From Octopus sinensis (taxonomy: Eukaryota): 64,000 bases of DNA. Of the stretch, positions 26,925 to 39,460 are shown piece after piece. Position 1 is the first letter of the stretch; each line of letters begins with the position of its first letter. The notes below the pieces were generated by a model, which saw only the letters and a list, made by a program, of their open reading frames with translations, had not been told where the DNA came from and searched no databases. Location of the stretch: positions 558,001 through 622,000 of the forward strand of contig NC_043019.1 in NCBI RefSeq assembly GCF_006345805.1, given 5' to 3'. A program made the translations under genes and the position numbers.

Positions 26925-27365
26925 CTTCTTCTTCTTCTTCTTCTTCTCTTCTTACAGCATTCACCCGGGGTGGGTTGAGCTGGCTTCATTCATACTCAAT
27001 GCTGCATCTCTCACAAACGCCGAATAGGCCTGGCGATTTAAGGCTAACGACCGCGTGATCTCCAGCGGCGAACGCCCTAGACCCTCCCCATATCTACGGC
27101 GTTCGCCGTTGGAGATCAAGCGGTCGTTAGCCTTAAATCGCCAGGCCTAGTCAGCGTTTGTGAGAGATGCTGCATTGAGTATGAATGAAGCCAGCTCAAC
27201 CCATCCCAGGTGAATGCTGTAGTAATAATAATAATAATAATAAGAAGAAGAATAAGAAGAAGAATGTTTCTGAGCCATATAGTAGAATTGGTTCGACTCT
27301 GGTTTTGAAGATTTTAAGTTTGAAATCTCTACTTAGATTTGACGACCAGATCTTATGTAGTGATA
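26497..27365 (-). mobile_element. RTE-clade LINE 3' fragment, interrupted
   Basis: LHKIWSSNLSRDFKLKIFKTRVEPILLYGSE|TWTLSKKLERRLDGTYRRLL..FAGHC; (GAT)n tail. Confidence 0.88.
26893..27264. mobile_element. Palindromic insertion with microsatellite ends
   Basis: 129-bp arms 26953-27081 and 27093-27221 (8 mismatches), (CTT)n left, (TAA)n(GAA)n right, 9-bp TSD-like GGTTTCAGA/TGTTTCTGA. Confidence 0.88.
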
Positions 27366-27979
27366 ATGCATCCCTAGGATACAGCATAATGCGTTTGCAG
27401 GACCCAATGCCAAACGCATGAGATTTTAATCTCTGTAATATATGTACAACGACATAAAATGTCTTTCTCGTGTATGTTTTGTATAATTCCAGAGTTTATT
27501 TATCATCTCTTGCTATTATCTCCAAGGCAACGCCATTAAGAACAATGATTCCGTTTTTAATCCTGGTATCCTTGTTATATTTATTTTCAGTTCTTTATAT
27601 TTGGAAAAGAAAATCTTCATTTGTGTTAGGCAAAAGTTGTTGATCATGCAGATGGATTTATTTATTAGCAACTATTTATTTTCTTTGTATTTTATGATAA
27701 TTATAACTCGTCAGTTTGTTCTAATCTTTTTCTGTAAGAATTGGAATATCAGGGATTTATTGTCATTTTGTCATTCTTCGAGAGGTCGAGGCTTATTTTC
27801 TCTTGATGATTCATTATACGTTCGGTGATTTCTTCAGAATGTATGTTCTGTTTCTCTCACCCCCTAAATCTCTCCTACTCTCTTTGTACACACGCACATA
27901 TATGTATACTTACATACATTATATATACGTACATACATACGTACATATCTATATCTATATCTATATCTATATCTATCTA

Positions 27980-28022
<43 letters not shown>

Positions 28023-28120
28023 ATATATAGGGAGAGCTTACGAAAAAAAACAAAAGACGAAGACAGGTGGTATACAAAACAAACAGATGTATTAGTATAA
28101 CGCTCAGGAATATAAAAAGT

Positions 28121-28156
28121 CTTTTACGTTTCGAGCCTACGCTCTTCTACAGAAAG
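28121..28156 (-). ncRNA. Minimal hammerhead fold, A6U core (P1)
   Basis: CTTT-CTGTAGA-A-GAGC(GTAG)GCTC-GAAA-CG-TA-AAAG. Confidence 0.68.
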
Positions 28157-28375
28157 GGACACAGAAAAAACACGGAGAGAATAAAATGTCTGTACTGGCC
28201 AACGATCTATCATATTTATATATACGTTCACACATACATATACATACATTCTTTCCAAACACTCCCGTTTATCATTTAAGTATATAAGAGCATGTCTTAA
28301 TATGCAACCAAATGCTTGGTAAGATATACATAAAACAAGACATTCAAATCGGCACGTATACATACACACATAGAT

Positions 28376-28406
<31 letters not shown>

Positions 28407-28828
28407 AAAATACCCTGTTGATGGTGTTGTAATTCCAAGGAGACTTGGGTTTTGGTAAGAAACAGGCTCTTTTCTATTAGCAAGAAGTCTTGAAATAAAA
28501 CTGAATGATGATATACATATATGTATATACGTATACATATATATGTATATATGTGTGTTTGTGTGTTTGTGCGTGTGTGTGTATGAGTGTGTATGTGTGC
28601 TTCTGTCCTACCACTGCTTGGCAAATATATGAATATATATATGTATATATGTTTATATGATGCAATGGGTATATACATACATACACATACACACACGTAT
28701 ATATATGAACGTATTTATGTATGTATGTATATATATAGGGAGAGCTTACGAAAAAAAACAAAAGACGAAGACAGGTGGTATACAAAACAAACAGATGTAT
28801 TAGTATAACGCTCAGGAATATAAAAAGT

Positions 28829-28864
28829 CTTTTACGTTTCGAGCCTACGCTCTTCTACAGAAAG
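28829..28864 (-). ncRNA. Minimal hammerhead fold, A6U core (P1, duplicate)
   Basis: Identical to 28121-28156. Confidence 0.68.
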
Positions 28865-29081
28865 GGACACAGAAAAAACACGGAGAGAATAAAATGTCTG
28901 TACTGGCCAACGATCTATCATATTTATATATACGTTCACACATACATATACATACATTCTTTCCAAACACTCCCGTTTATCATTTAAGTATATAAGAGCA
29001 TGTCTTAATATGCAACCAAATGCTTGGTAAGATATACATAAAACAAAACATTCAAATCGGCACGTATACATACACACATAG

Positions 29082-29124
<43 letters not shown>

Positions 29125-29659
29125 AAAATACCCTGTTGATGGTGTTGTAATTCCAAGGAGACTTGGGTTTTGGTAAGAAACAGGCTCTTTTCTATTAGCA
29201 AGAAGTCTTGAAATAAAACTGAATGATGATATACATATATGTATATACGTATACATATATATGTATATATGTGTGTTTGTGTGTTTGTGCGTGTGTGTGT
29301 ATGAGTGTGTATGTGTGCTTCTGTCCTACCACTGCTTGGCAAATATATGAATATATATATGTATATATGTTTATATGATGCAATGGGTATATACATACAT
29401 ACACATACACACACGTATATATATGAACGTATTTATGTATGTATGTATGTATGTATGTATATGTATACATATACATCATGCGATGGGAAATTGTTACCAT
29501 TTTAAATCCTTAATTTCACGCAAGAACATCCTCTGGTTTAGATTTTGTCGACTACACGGTAAAGTACAGTCAGTTGGGTACCGTCTTTGAGAAAAACAGT
29601 ACCATGATGCAATTCACTCTGCCAAAACTTTGGAAACGATATATTGTACTGCTTGGTAT

Positions 29660-29995
29660 TTGCGCCAGAAGCTCTAATTCGAACATCTCAGAGTGTTTGG
29701 GTGTCAATTTGAGGATATTGTAATCTCAGAACATGTACCGAGAGTAGTGACAATCAAGCATCCGGTAAACATCATGGTGTTAGTTGTGATCACTAGTGAT
29801 TGTGTTTGGAGTCGTCACTAGTGATGGTGACGTTATGTCTCCAGTCATTTTACCACACAGCCTCAGACACAACACGGAGGCCTATGTCAAGTGTCTGGTG
29901 GATGTAGTGCTACCCTGGGTCAAGAGGGTGGCTGTTGTTAAACCCTATGTCTGGCAATTTGACTCTGCACCATGCCACACAAACAAGACTGTGTC
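29660..29995 (+). mobile_element. maT/DD37D-like transposase remnant
   Basis: VFGVVTSDGDVM..YVWQFDSAPCHT; homologous to 22560-23075. Confidence 0.8.
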
Positions 29996-31371
29996 TTGAA
30001 GAATTTTAGTCGAGCGATTTTTTTAAAACCCGTTACTTATTGTATCAGTTCTTTTGTCGAACTCGTATGTTATAGATATATGAAATACGCCAACATCTTT
30101 GTAGTCTTATGGTAAGTATCTTCAATGTTTCCAGCTGCAGACGACTCCAACGTTCAATACAGGTGAACTTAAATCTTACGTTTCGGATTTTGACTTGTAT
30201 ATTCTAGATGTATTTATTCATAATCTTTTGTCTACTCTGGCTAACTCATTTAGCTTCCATTTGAGAATATTTGAATATTTCAACTATATTTATTATCACT
30301 TCTGAAGCTTGAGTGTTGAGACTTCTCATCATGTTTAGCTTTTGTTTTAATTGTTTATTTAGTCTGTCTCTAATATTTCTTCTTAAACTTTTCGTATCAT
30401 TCGTTGTCATTCGGAAGTTTCGATATATTGACAGTGTATAAATTTACTCATATATGAATACTTGCGGAAGTACTGTATCTTTGAACGTAGGAGACAATAT
30501 GGCGTTCTATTAATTACAATACTGATTGCAAATTCTGCAGTTGATATGAGGGTCTTGTTTAGTTACTTTAGTTTGGTCAGACATTGTTCTTGCACAGTTG
30601 ATATTACATATTCTGGCTATATTTTGTCTCTATACGAAAGTATATCTCTCATATTAACACCCTTTGACGCTCTCCTGTTATATACGTTGCTAACTACGAA
30701 ATGAAATTATTAGTTTATATTTAGCTCCTGTTGTCTGACGTTTGTCTTTGCTGTTATCACTCTCCCCCACACCACATACTTTCTCAAACTTGTCTCTGTC
30801 TCTATGAATATACAAGGGAGAGCTGAAAAGTTCAGGCCTTGGGTAAAAGAAAATACAGAAGGATCAATTAATTATGATTTTATTCAAAATATTCCCCTTT
30901 CAGATTCACAAACCAGTTGCAACGGTTCTTCAGTTTTTCTAAGCTCTCTATAAGTACTTGGAGGACTGGACCTCCATCAGGCTTTTCGTTGTACCTTTAA
31001 AGCCAAGAGTTTTTTTAGCATGCCCTCGTTTATATACATATGTGTTTAGTTTTTCAGATTCCGATTACACTGGCCAAAAAATCCTATTTTTATCAGCTGA
31101 CCTGATTTGGAGACCTGATTTTGTTTTGGGGGTAACGGAGCTTTAAAATGACAGTAGCTTTCTTCTATCACGTCGAGTTGTTTTTCTATGAGCTGGCTCA
31201 TATTGGCTCTACCCGCAGCTCCATGATTCAAAAATTTCTCGATGTGTTTTTCGTAGGGTGCGTTAACATTAAGAGCCTCAGTGTCAGTTGAGCGTTCAGT
31301 GAATGAGGTTGTGACGCTCTCTCAGTTTATTAATTACACATGTATACAAACGTGTTTTCCTAATACTGCGG

Positions 31372-31685
31372 GGCACTTTTGGCAAGTGTCGTCGGGCCAA
31401 CCAAAGCCTTGTGAGTGGATTTAGTAGACGGAAACTGAAAGAAGCCTGTCGTATATAGGCATATATATATATATATATATATGTATATACCCCCTCCAAC
31501 ATTGCTTGACAACCGATGCTGGTGTGTTTACTTCCCCGTAACTTAGCGGTTCGGCAAAAGAGACCGATAGAATAAGTACTAGGCTTACAAAGAATAAGGC
31601 CTGGGGTCGATTTGCTCGACTAAAGGTGGTGCTCCAGCATGGCCGCAGTCAAATTACTGAAACAAGTAAAAGAGGAAAGAGTGCA
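31372..31685 (+). mobile_element. SINE family A, 5'-truncated
   Basis: Body and tail match. Confidence 0.88.
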
Positions 31686-32659
31686 AGAGAGTATGTGTAT
31701 GATGGTTTTTGTTTACTCCATGATTTTAGAGAATTTACAGTATGTATTTCGTAAAAGGTGACGCTATCTTACATTTCATTCATTATTTCATATTCTGCTG
31801 ACATTATGACCTATGGTTTGAAGCTATAAGACTTAGTAAGCTATCCTGACAACCTAAATTATTTATTCTGTATATCATAAAATGGGAATATGCTATAGAA
31901 AGAAAACCTGAGGTGTGAGATAAAATAGATGCCATATTTGAAATCAGCATCTCAGAATTAACTAAAAACATCCACAAACCTGAAGTCAGCAAAATGTGTG
32001 ATGAGTAGTCTTATTTCTCCAAAGAGGCGCAAACATAGATGTGTGGTTAAAAAATACACTTTGCAACCATATGGTTTCGGGATCATTCACACCCCAGACC
32101 TGGATGAACCACATCTGAAGATAGAAGTCGTGTATATTAGATTGTGACCCGGATGTGCATCTTTGCCGGCGCGTCGAATTTACAGTAAATGGCAGAATGG
32201 CTTCCGGACAGGGCAAACATATTTTCGGCATTGCCTCCCTTTTTTTTTTCTTTCTGAGTTCAAATGCTGCTAAGGTCGATTTTACTTTTCATTCCACTTG
32301 GTACTATAAAATATTTTACTGGGGTTTACAGCATGAAGTAATTCAACTCAGATTTGCTGGTCTTGTGCCTATATTTAAAAAAAATAGGCAGATTGGTTTT
32401 CATTTTCCGTATTTCGTGGCAGTGTCGTGTGACACTTGTGAAAGTGATTTGTGGTACTCCTTCCGATTCTTCTGATCTGAGCTGAAATCTGGAACGATAT
32501 CAAATTTTCCTTTAATCCTTCCGGGATCGATATGAAATATTATTTACGATGTGAATGAATAACTCACCACCGCACCTGAAGATTGCGGAGCTTGGGCCTA
32601 AAATAGACGAAAAATTATTATTGTTGGTGTCAATATCACAGTAGTAATAAGGCAACGAG

Positions 32660-32955
32660 TGGAGGCACATGGCCTAGTGGTTAGAGCAGTGGACTCGCGG
32701 TTGAGGGATCGCGCGTTCGAATCTCAGGCCGGGCGATGTGTGTGTTTATAAGCGAAACACCTAAGTTCCACGCGGTTCCGGTAGAAGGTAATGGTGAACT
32801 TCTGCTGACTCTTTCGCCACAACATTCTCTCACTCTTTCCTCCTGCATCTTGCAGCTTACCTGCGACGGACCAGCATCCCATTCAGGTGAGGAATCTATA
32901 TGCCAGGGAAACCGGGAAACCGGCCCTTAGGAGCCAGGCGTGGCTGGACAAGGAA
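32660..32955 (+). mobile_element. SINE family B variant
   Basis: GGAGGCACATGGCCTAGTGGTTAGAGCAG head. Confidence 0.85.
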
Positions 32956-33007
32956 CAAACAATAAGGGAACGAGCTGACAGAGTCGTTAATGCGATGAGC
33001 AAAATTC

Positions 33008-33140
33008 TTAGCGGTAGTTCATCCCTCTTTACGTTTAGAATTCAAATTCCTCCTAGGTCGACATTGACTTTTAGCTTTACCCGGTTGATAAAATAAGTAC
33101 CAGTTGAACACTGGGGTCGATGTGATCGATTTCCTACCTC
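33008..33140 (+). mobile_element. SINE family C, degenerate
   Basis: TTCAAATTCC..AAGTACCAGTTG..CTGGGGTCGATG. Confidence 0.7.
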
Positions 33141-33719
33141 CCTTTAAATTACTGGCTTTGTACCAAAATTCGGAAGTAATATTATTGTAGTAGATGTATC
33201 ACTAGTATTTGTCCTTATTATTCTTGCTGTTGGGGACATCATTTTCAGAAATTGCAATTAGAATACGTCTATTTCGTTTTCATTTTTGCCAGCAGCAAAA
33301 TGGATTTCTAAACGGTTTAGAAATTGCCTTTCTTTATATAAGCTCATCTTTTCAGTTCTTTTAAATATCAAGGTCATATTAACACGGTTTCTTTTAGATT
33401 ATAATGTAGGAAGAAATCAAGTTATTTTCGTACGACAATTTTGAAACCGTAAAAATGCATTTTCTAAATTAAGGAAAGTTTGCTATTTATATTTTCTTCA
33501 TATTAATGTCATGATTGTATCCTTATCAAGTTAATCATCATTCTAAGAATAAATAGTTCTCGGAGAATAGAGCAAGCGTGTTCTAACTCAATAAACGTTT
33601 CTGGGAGAATCTATGGTGGTCCCTGCTCAGTTGTCATCTCACAACTTGTGTTCAACTACATAGATGAGATGTAAATAGATATCCCACCACATCACGAGTG
33701 AGGTGAAGCGTCTTATTTT

Positions 33720-33929
33720 GTGGGGAAAATAGCACCTTTTTGATGTAAATAATTTTTAGTGTTACCATGGTCCGATTTGAATTTTTTCTTCTACAGAAGG
33801 AAGAGCAAGTCTATCATACTCTCTATGTTGGTCAACTTGCGTCGCAGGGTCTCGGAGTAGATAGTGTTAGTTGAAGGCTACCAAAGGTGTCATACACAGA
33901 CAACTTCAGCTTTATATATATAGAGAGAT
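33720..33929 (+). mobile_element. Helitron-like non-autonomous 3' fragment
   Basis: Homologous to 34670-34810; ends GCTTTATATATATAGAGAGAT. Confidence 0.55.
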
Positions 33930-34482
33930 TATGTACTTGTGGAAGCGCGTGGCTTAGTGTTTAGGGTGCTGAATTTATAGTTGTAACAACCACTATTTTG
34001 TATTTTCCTGGCAATTTGTTTTGTTGAAAGAACTCTTTGTAGTATCTGAAACATTGTTAAAGATAATTCGGTCAGCGTATAGAACAATAACACACTGACT
34101 CGTAATCATTATATATTGACACTAACACATTATTTGTTGTGCATTTCAAGATCATTCATTGTTAGAACACCAACAAAATATTGTAGTGGCTGAAGTCGTA
34201 GAAACAATTACTGAGAAAATATACATAATTTTATACACTGATTTTATACAGTTTAGCTTAGAATTATTCAAGCTTCTTGGAAGATTGAATAAAGTAAAAT
34301 CTATCCACAGTAATTATCTGAATATAGTCAACAAAATAGCACACTCTAATTTCTGTTATGAAACGAAGGTTTTTGGTTTTCAACACGTCTCTGCAGAAAT
34401 TCAAGGAATACTATACATTAGGTGAAACTCAAACCCTCACTCTGTAAGACGATACGCTTAAGTCGTATTTGATATATATTAT

Positions 34483-34810
34483 ACTAGCAGTATCGCCCGG
34501 CGTTGCTCGGGTTTGTTTCGACCCTTTAGAATTGGAATTTTTGAAAAGTAAAAATGTTGCATTATGTAGCTTGTTATTCCCTTTAAGTAAACATTTTTCT
34601 GGTTGAAATACACCAAAAAAATTGCGACACAGAAGTCAAAGAATCGTAAAAAACAGGGATTTTCATAGAATAAAGCACCTTTTTGATGGAAATAATTGTT
34701 GGTGTTAACATGGTCTGATTTAAACTTTTTCTTCTACGAAAGGAAGAGCTAGCCTTCTTCTATCATACACTCAATTTTGGTCAGCTTGCGCCGCAGGGTC
34801 TCGGAGAGAT
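34483..34810 (+). mobile_element. Helitron-like non-autonomous element
   Basis: Start ACTAGCAGTATCGCCCGGCGTTGCTCGGG resembles invertebrate non-autonomous Helitron 5' ends (from memory). Confidence 0.55.
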
Positions 34811-34819
34811 CATGTACTT

Positions 34820-35062
34820 GTGGAGGCGCGTGGCTTAGTGTTCTGGGTACTAGATCTATAGTCGTAAGATTGTGGTTTTGATTCCTGGACCGGGTGATGT
34901 GTTGTGTTCTTCAGCAAAATTCTTTATTTCACGTTGTCCCAGTCCACTCAGCTGGCAAAAGTGAGTAATCCTGCGACGGATCGGCGTCCTGTTTAGGTGG
35001 GGAATTTTTAAGCCACTGAAACTAGGAAATCGGCCCTTATGAGCCTGGTATGGTTTGAGAAG
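34820..35062 (+). mobile_element. SINE family B, degenerate
   Basis: Head and CORE-like body. Confidence 0.75.
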
Positions 35063-35245
35063 GAAATATATATATTTATATATATATATTATATATATAT
35101 TATGTACTAAGGACTGATAAATGTTGATATGTTTTTGGTAATTTAGAAGATACACAAAGAGAGGTGAGTTGGCAAAATTTTGGGAACGCTGGAACAAATT
35201 CTTAGCGGCATTTCGTAATCCTTTTTACTTTTGGTGTCCAAATAC

Positions 35246-35479
35246 CTATTTCTTTACTACCCACAAGGGGCTAAACACAGAGAGGACAAACAAGGACAGA
35301 GAAACGGATTAAGTCGGTTATATCGACCCCAGTGCGTAACTGGTACTTATTTAATCGACTCCGAAAGAATGAAAGGCGAAGTCGATCTCGGCGGAATTTG
35401 AACTCAGAACGTAGCGGCAGACGAAATACCACTAAGCTTTTCGCCCGGCGCGCTAATGGTTCTGCCAGCTCGCCGCCTT
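35246..35479 (-). mobile_element. SINE family C
   Basis: Full reverse-complement match. Confidence 0.92.
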
Positions 35480-36324
35480 GGTGTCCAAATACACCGAGGT
35501 TGTCCTTTGCCTTTATCTTTTTCGGATTCGACAAAATAAGAACCAGCTGAGCACAGCGGGGTCGATGTAATCAACTTACACAATCTCCGAAATTGCTGGC
35601 CTTTCCCAAAAAATGAAACCAATTTCGAGGATAATCAAGATTATAATTAGTTACATTACTTATTTATTTCAGAAAAGAGACTTGTTTTCGATTATGTACA
35701 CAAATTGCTTGTTTGATTTTCACATAATCGCTTCATTTCCTCTGATCAAGAGTAAACTCATTCAAAAGATAGGAGAATAATTGACCACATTTTAAGTGAA
35801 AATCTTCAGTCAAATTTATTCCCCAACTACTTCGTGCACGAAATTACAATTTAGCACTTTTGCTAGAAAGAAACCATCATTATTAGCATAGAAATTACTT
35901 GTGCTTCAACCGCCAACTCTCATTTGTTTGCATAATAGTCTAAATAAAGTAATATTTCATTTATTAGAGCAATTTATAAATTCCACTTTAATCTTGGCAG
36001 TGGAATTGTCAATGGAATTACATTTCTAAATGACCATAAAGAGAAGCGTTGGAAGCGTGTGTTGTTTGCTTTTATTCCCACCGCAAGTGACAATTGGTAT
36101 TTAATGAGTAGCTATGTAATATCAGCCATATATTCATCGTCTTAATTCCATTATCATCCATCAACCCATTTAAAAGATATACATTAATGTGTACTTCGAG
36201 ATATTACACTCATGATCAAGTCATTTACATTAGTATGCTAAGAATAAATTTCAAAATAGTAATCTGAGCGAGATGAGGCATTTAACAACTATCGACTCTC
36301 TTGCTTATTTTCTCTAATACATGC

Positions 36325-36447
36325 TATTTCTTTACTACCCACAAGGGGCTAAACATAGAGAGGGACAAACAAGGACAGACAAACAGATTAAGTCGATTAC
36401 ATCGACCCCAGTGCGTAACTGGTACTTAATTTATCGACCCCGAAAGG
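36325..36447 (-). mobile_element. SINE family C 3' half, cut by a MITE
   Basis: Match stops at CCCCGAAAGG. Confidence 0.85.
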
Positions 36448-36660
36448 TTGGTGGATAATTATTGCGGCTTTTATTTCAATAGATTTTATTCAGCCCCAAA
36501 ATATAACAACATTAAATAAAAATACTTTTAAATGATTATTCCGGAGCATATTCACCATCTACTTCGATTTCTGCTCGGCGTTTTTTTTAATGGCGTTTTG
36601 CTTAAAATTATTGTTGAATAGAATTTATAGAAAAAAAGCCGCAATAATTATCCACCAACC

Positions 36661-36661
<1 letters not shown>
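36445..36661. mobile_element. Mariner-type MITE
   Basis: 28-bp TIR AGGTTGGTGGATAATTATTGCGGCTTTT, similar to the Hsmar1/MADE1 TIR; right end followed by TA. Confidence 0.82.
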
Positions 36662-36709
<48 letters not shown>

Positions 36710-36894
36710 TAATAATAATGCTAATAATAATAATAACAATAATAATAATGGTAATAATAATAATAATAATGATAATAATAATAACAATAATGATAATTAT
36801 AATAATAATAACAATAATAATAATAATAATAATAATAATGTTAATAATGATGATAATAATAATGTTAATAATAATAATGTTAATAATAATAATA

Positions 36895-36954
<60 letters not shown>

Positions 36955-36967
36955 TTAATAATAATAA
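36662..36967. repeat. (AAT)n/(GAT)n microsatellite
   Basis: Direct reading. Confidence 0.97.
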
Positions 36968-37513
36968 TAAAGGCAGTGGCTCTCATGGCTCCTGATCTTA
37001 ACTGATTGGAGGTGTTATCATGTAAATTGTTTTGTCTTGGTATAAAAGATGGGCTACAGCAAATATTCTGCTCCATACCACAGATTTGCTTGTCACTTGT
37101 TTGACCGTAACCCCTTGAGCATGTCCTTTAGTGGTTGACGATATGTGCATCTCTGATCACGAGCAGAAGTAGTGGGGGAGCCTCATAGCCATATGTTGAG
37201 AGGGATTCTTTAGGGTTTGAATAATTCACCCCTGGAAACATGGGTGTTTCCTTCAACATCCTTAAACAACCCTTATTCAGGGACCTTTTGAGCGGGATGG
37301 TTACTCGACCAGATGAAAATCCTAACTGGACCCCTCGTGCAAGATCATGCGCTGTTTATCTTGATATGTGATCACCATATCGCGCACATATGGTTGTGAT
37401 GCATGTGCCTGGTGTAGCCTTATCAGACGGGTAGTCATGATGGGTATACTGGGCTTCGTAAAATATACCCCAGTGTCACTTTGATGGCATGCTCTTTCAC
37501 TCAATAGTAAAAA

Positions 37514-37563
<50 letters not shown>

Positions 37564-37583
37564 ATAATAATAATAATATAATA

Positions 37584-37621
<38 letters not shown>

Positions 37622-37690
37622 TAATCAGTGTCACTTTGATGGCATGTACTGCTCTCTCACTCAATAATAATAATAATAATAATAATAATC
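36968..37690 (+). mobile_element. (AAT)n-embedded retroelement family D plus repeated 3' terminus
   Basis: Body 36968-37505, (TAC)n(TAA)n tail, second terminus 37625-37660 with its own (AAT)n. Confidence 0.8.
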
Positions 37691-37734
37691 ATTTCTGCTA
37701 TAGGCACGAGGTCTGAAATTTGGTGGGATGAGGC

Positions 37735-37890
37735 TGGTTGATTAGATGGACCTCAGTACATAACTGATACTTAATTTATGGACTCCGAAATGATGAAAGG
37801 CAAAGTCGACCTCGGCGGAATTTGAACTCAGAATTGTAAAGACAGACGAAATAACGGCATGCTAACGATTATGCAATCTCACCGCCTCAA
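37735..37890 (-). mobile_element. SINE family C, degenerate
   Basis: GATGAAAGGCAAAGTCGACCTCGGCGGAATTTGAACTC. Confidence 0.8.
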
Positions 37891-37892
37891 TG

Positions 37893-37937
<45 letters not shown>

Positions 37938-37959
37938 TAATAATAATAATAACAATAAC

Positions 37960-38011
<52 letters not shown>

Positions 38012-38372
38012 TTGTTTCTGGTGTTGATGAGGATATTGATCATAAAAAAAAAAATCAAAGGTTTTGTTTTTACGATATACGTTATAAGTTATCCTTTAGT
38101 ATTAAAATAACTGACATTTTCGCAATAAATAATTCAGAAAAATTAAAGTAAAGTTCAATTACATAACATTTAAGAAAATGACATTTATTCGTAAACAAAG
38201 TTATAACTTGGCATTACAGTTTTAGCATAATCTTTACCATTAATACAATGACGGGTTGAGGTGTTCAAACTCCAGTTAACAAGTTCACTAGTAGATCTTT
38301 CCTAACGTGAAATAATAGCTATAGAAAATCATAGTATTATGTGTGACTGTCTTTGACATTATTAAATACATT

Positions 38373-38814
38373 GGATCTTTTCGGTTTGAACGGTAGTTTT
38401 TAACATAATTTCTAGGTAACTAAAAAATTTTGAAACTTCGTATACTGGTAGAATGTGTTTATAAAACATCTTTTTCTCTTGGCTTTATTGAGAAAATTCT
38501 ATAGTTTGTAAGATATTTGTTGTTGTTTTTCTTCAATATCTGCAAGTTCAACCGATCAATGACGTCTATTGAGTTAAAAAGCATTCTGTGCCGTATGAAT
38601 ATGTCCTTCGTTTAAGAAACAGATTGGGTTTATTTACATTTGTGAAGAAAAAAAGATTCCCTTCCCCACCCCTAACCCTAACCCTAACTAAGCCTAACTA
38701 ACCCTAACCCTAAAAGAGATTGAAATGCAATAGATCGATACTAGGGTCATAATTATGGGTGACAATTTCATATGACACCGCTAGAAAAAACTGCCGTTCA
38801 AACCGAAAAAATCC
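38373..38814. mobile_element. Merlin-like MITE with internal (CCCTAA)n
   Basis: TIR GGATCTTTTCGGTTTGAACGG; 8-bp TSD AATACATT (38365-38372, 38815-38822). MITE call is firm; superfamily is inferred from GG ends and 8-bp TSD. Confidence 0.85.
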
Positions 38815-39135
38815 AATACATTATTTATGAGATTAAATCTCTCATACATAAAAAAAATACACACTGATCTATTACAGTTTGATAGATGTTATAAAAGGAA
38901 TCATCATAACTTTCTGGTATTGCAAAAACTGAAATGAATGAAATCGGAATTGTATAATTTCTGCACGCCTCGAAAGTTCCGGAATGAATATAGCTTATCG
39001 TTTATAATTTATCTGGTGTCAGTCATTGGACTGCGGCTATGCTGGGGCACCGACTTGTAGTTCTTAACCGAAAAATTCCTCTTCAGTGCTTACGTCTTCT
39101 TGTTAAGGTCTGGTGTTTATTTTAGTGAATTATTA

Positions 39136-39166
<31 letters not shown>

Positions 39167-39186
39167 TAAAATAATAATAATAATAA

Positions 39187-39217
<31 letters not shown>

Positions 39218-39460
39218 AAGTGGGTGTAAACACATGAACAAAATAAGAATAAACAAAAACAAATTACACAAACGAATATAAACAGGAGATACAGATATGA
39301 GAGGCATCCCCCACCACACACACTAACTAAACATAAACGCACATAGAGATATACGCATGCGCAAATGAAGACACATACGATAGAAATACAAAATGGCTGA
39401 CGGTTAGTAAGGAGATACACAAAAATAAGGAAGAAGAAAGCAAAGGACCACTAATGCGGT

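Larger units (their letters stand above)
28020..29450. repeat. Near-perfect tandem duplication, period 708 bp
   Basis: GGGAGAGC at 28030 and 28738; differs only in CA-tract length and rare SNVs. Confidence 0.93.

Noticed and set aside
38670-38713. Telomere or chromosome fusion scar
   Set aside because: The (CCCTAA)n lies inside MITE TIRs at a fixed position in all copies
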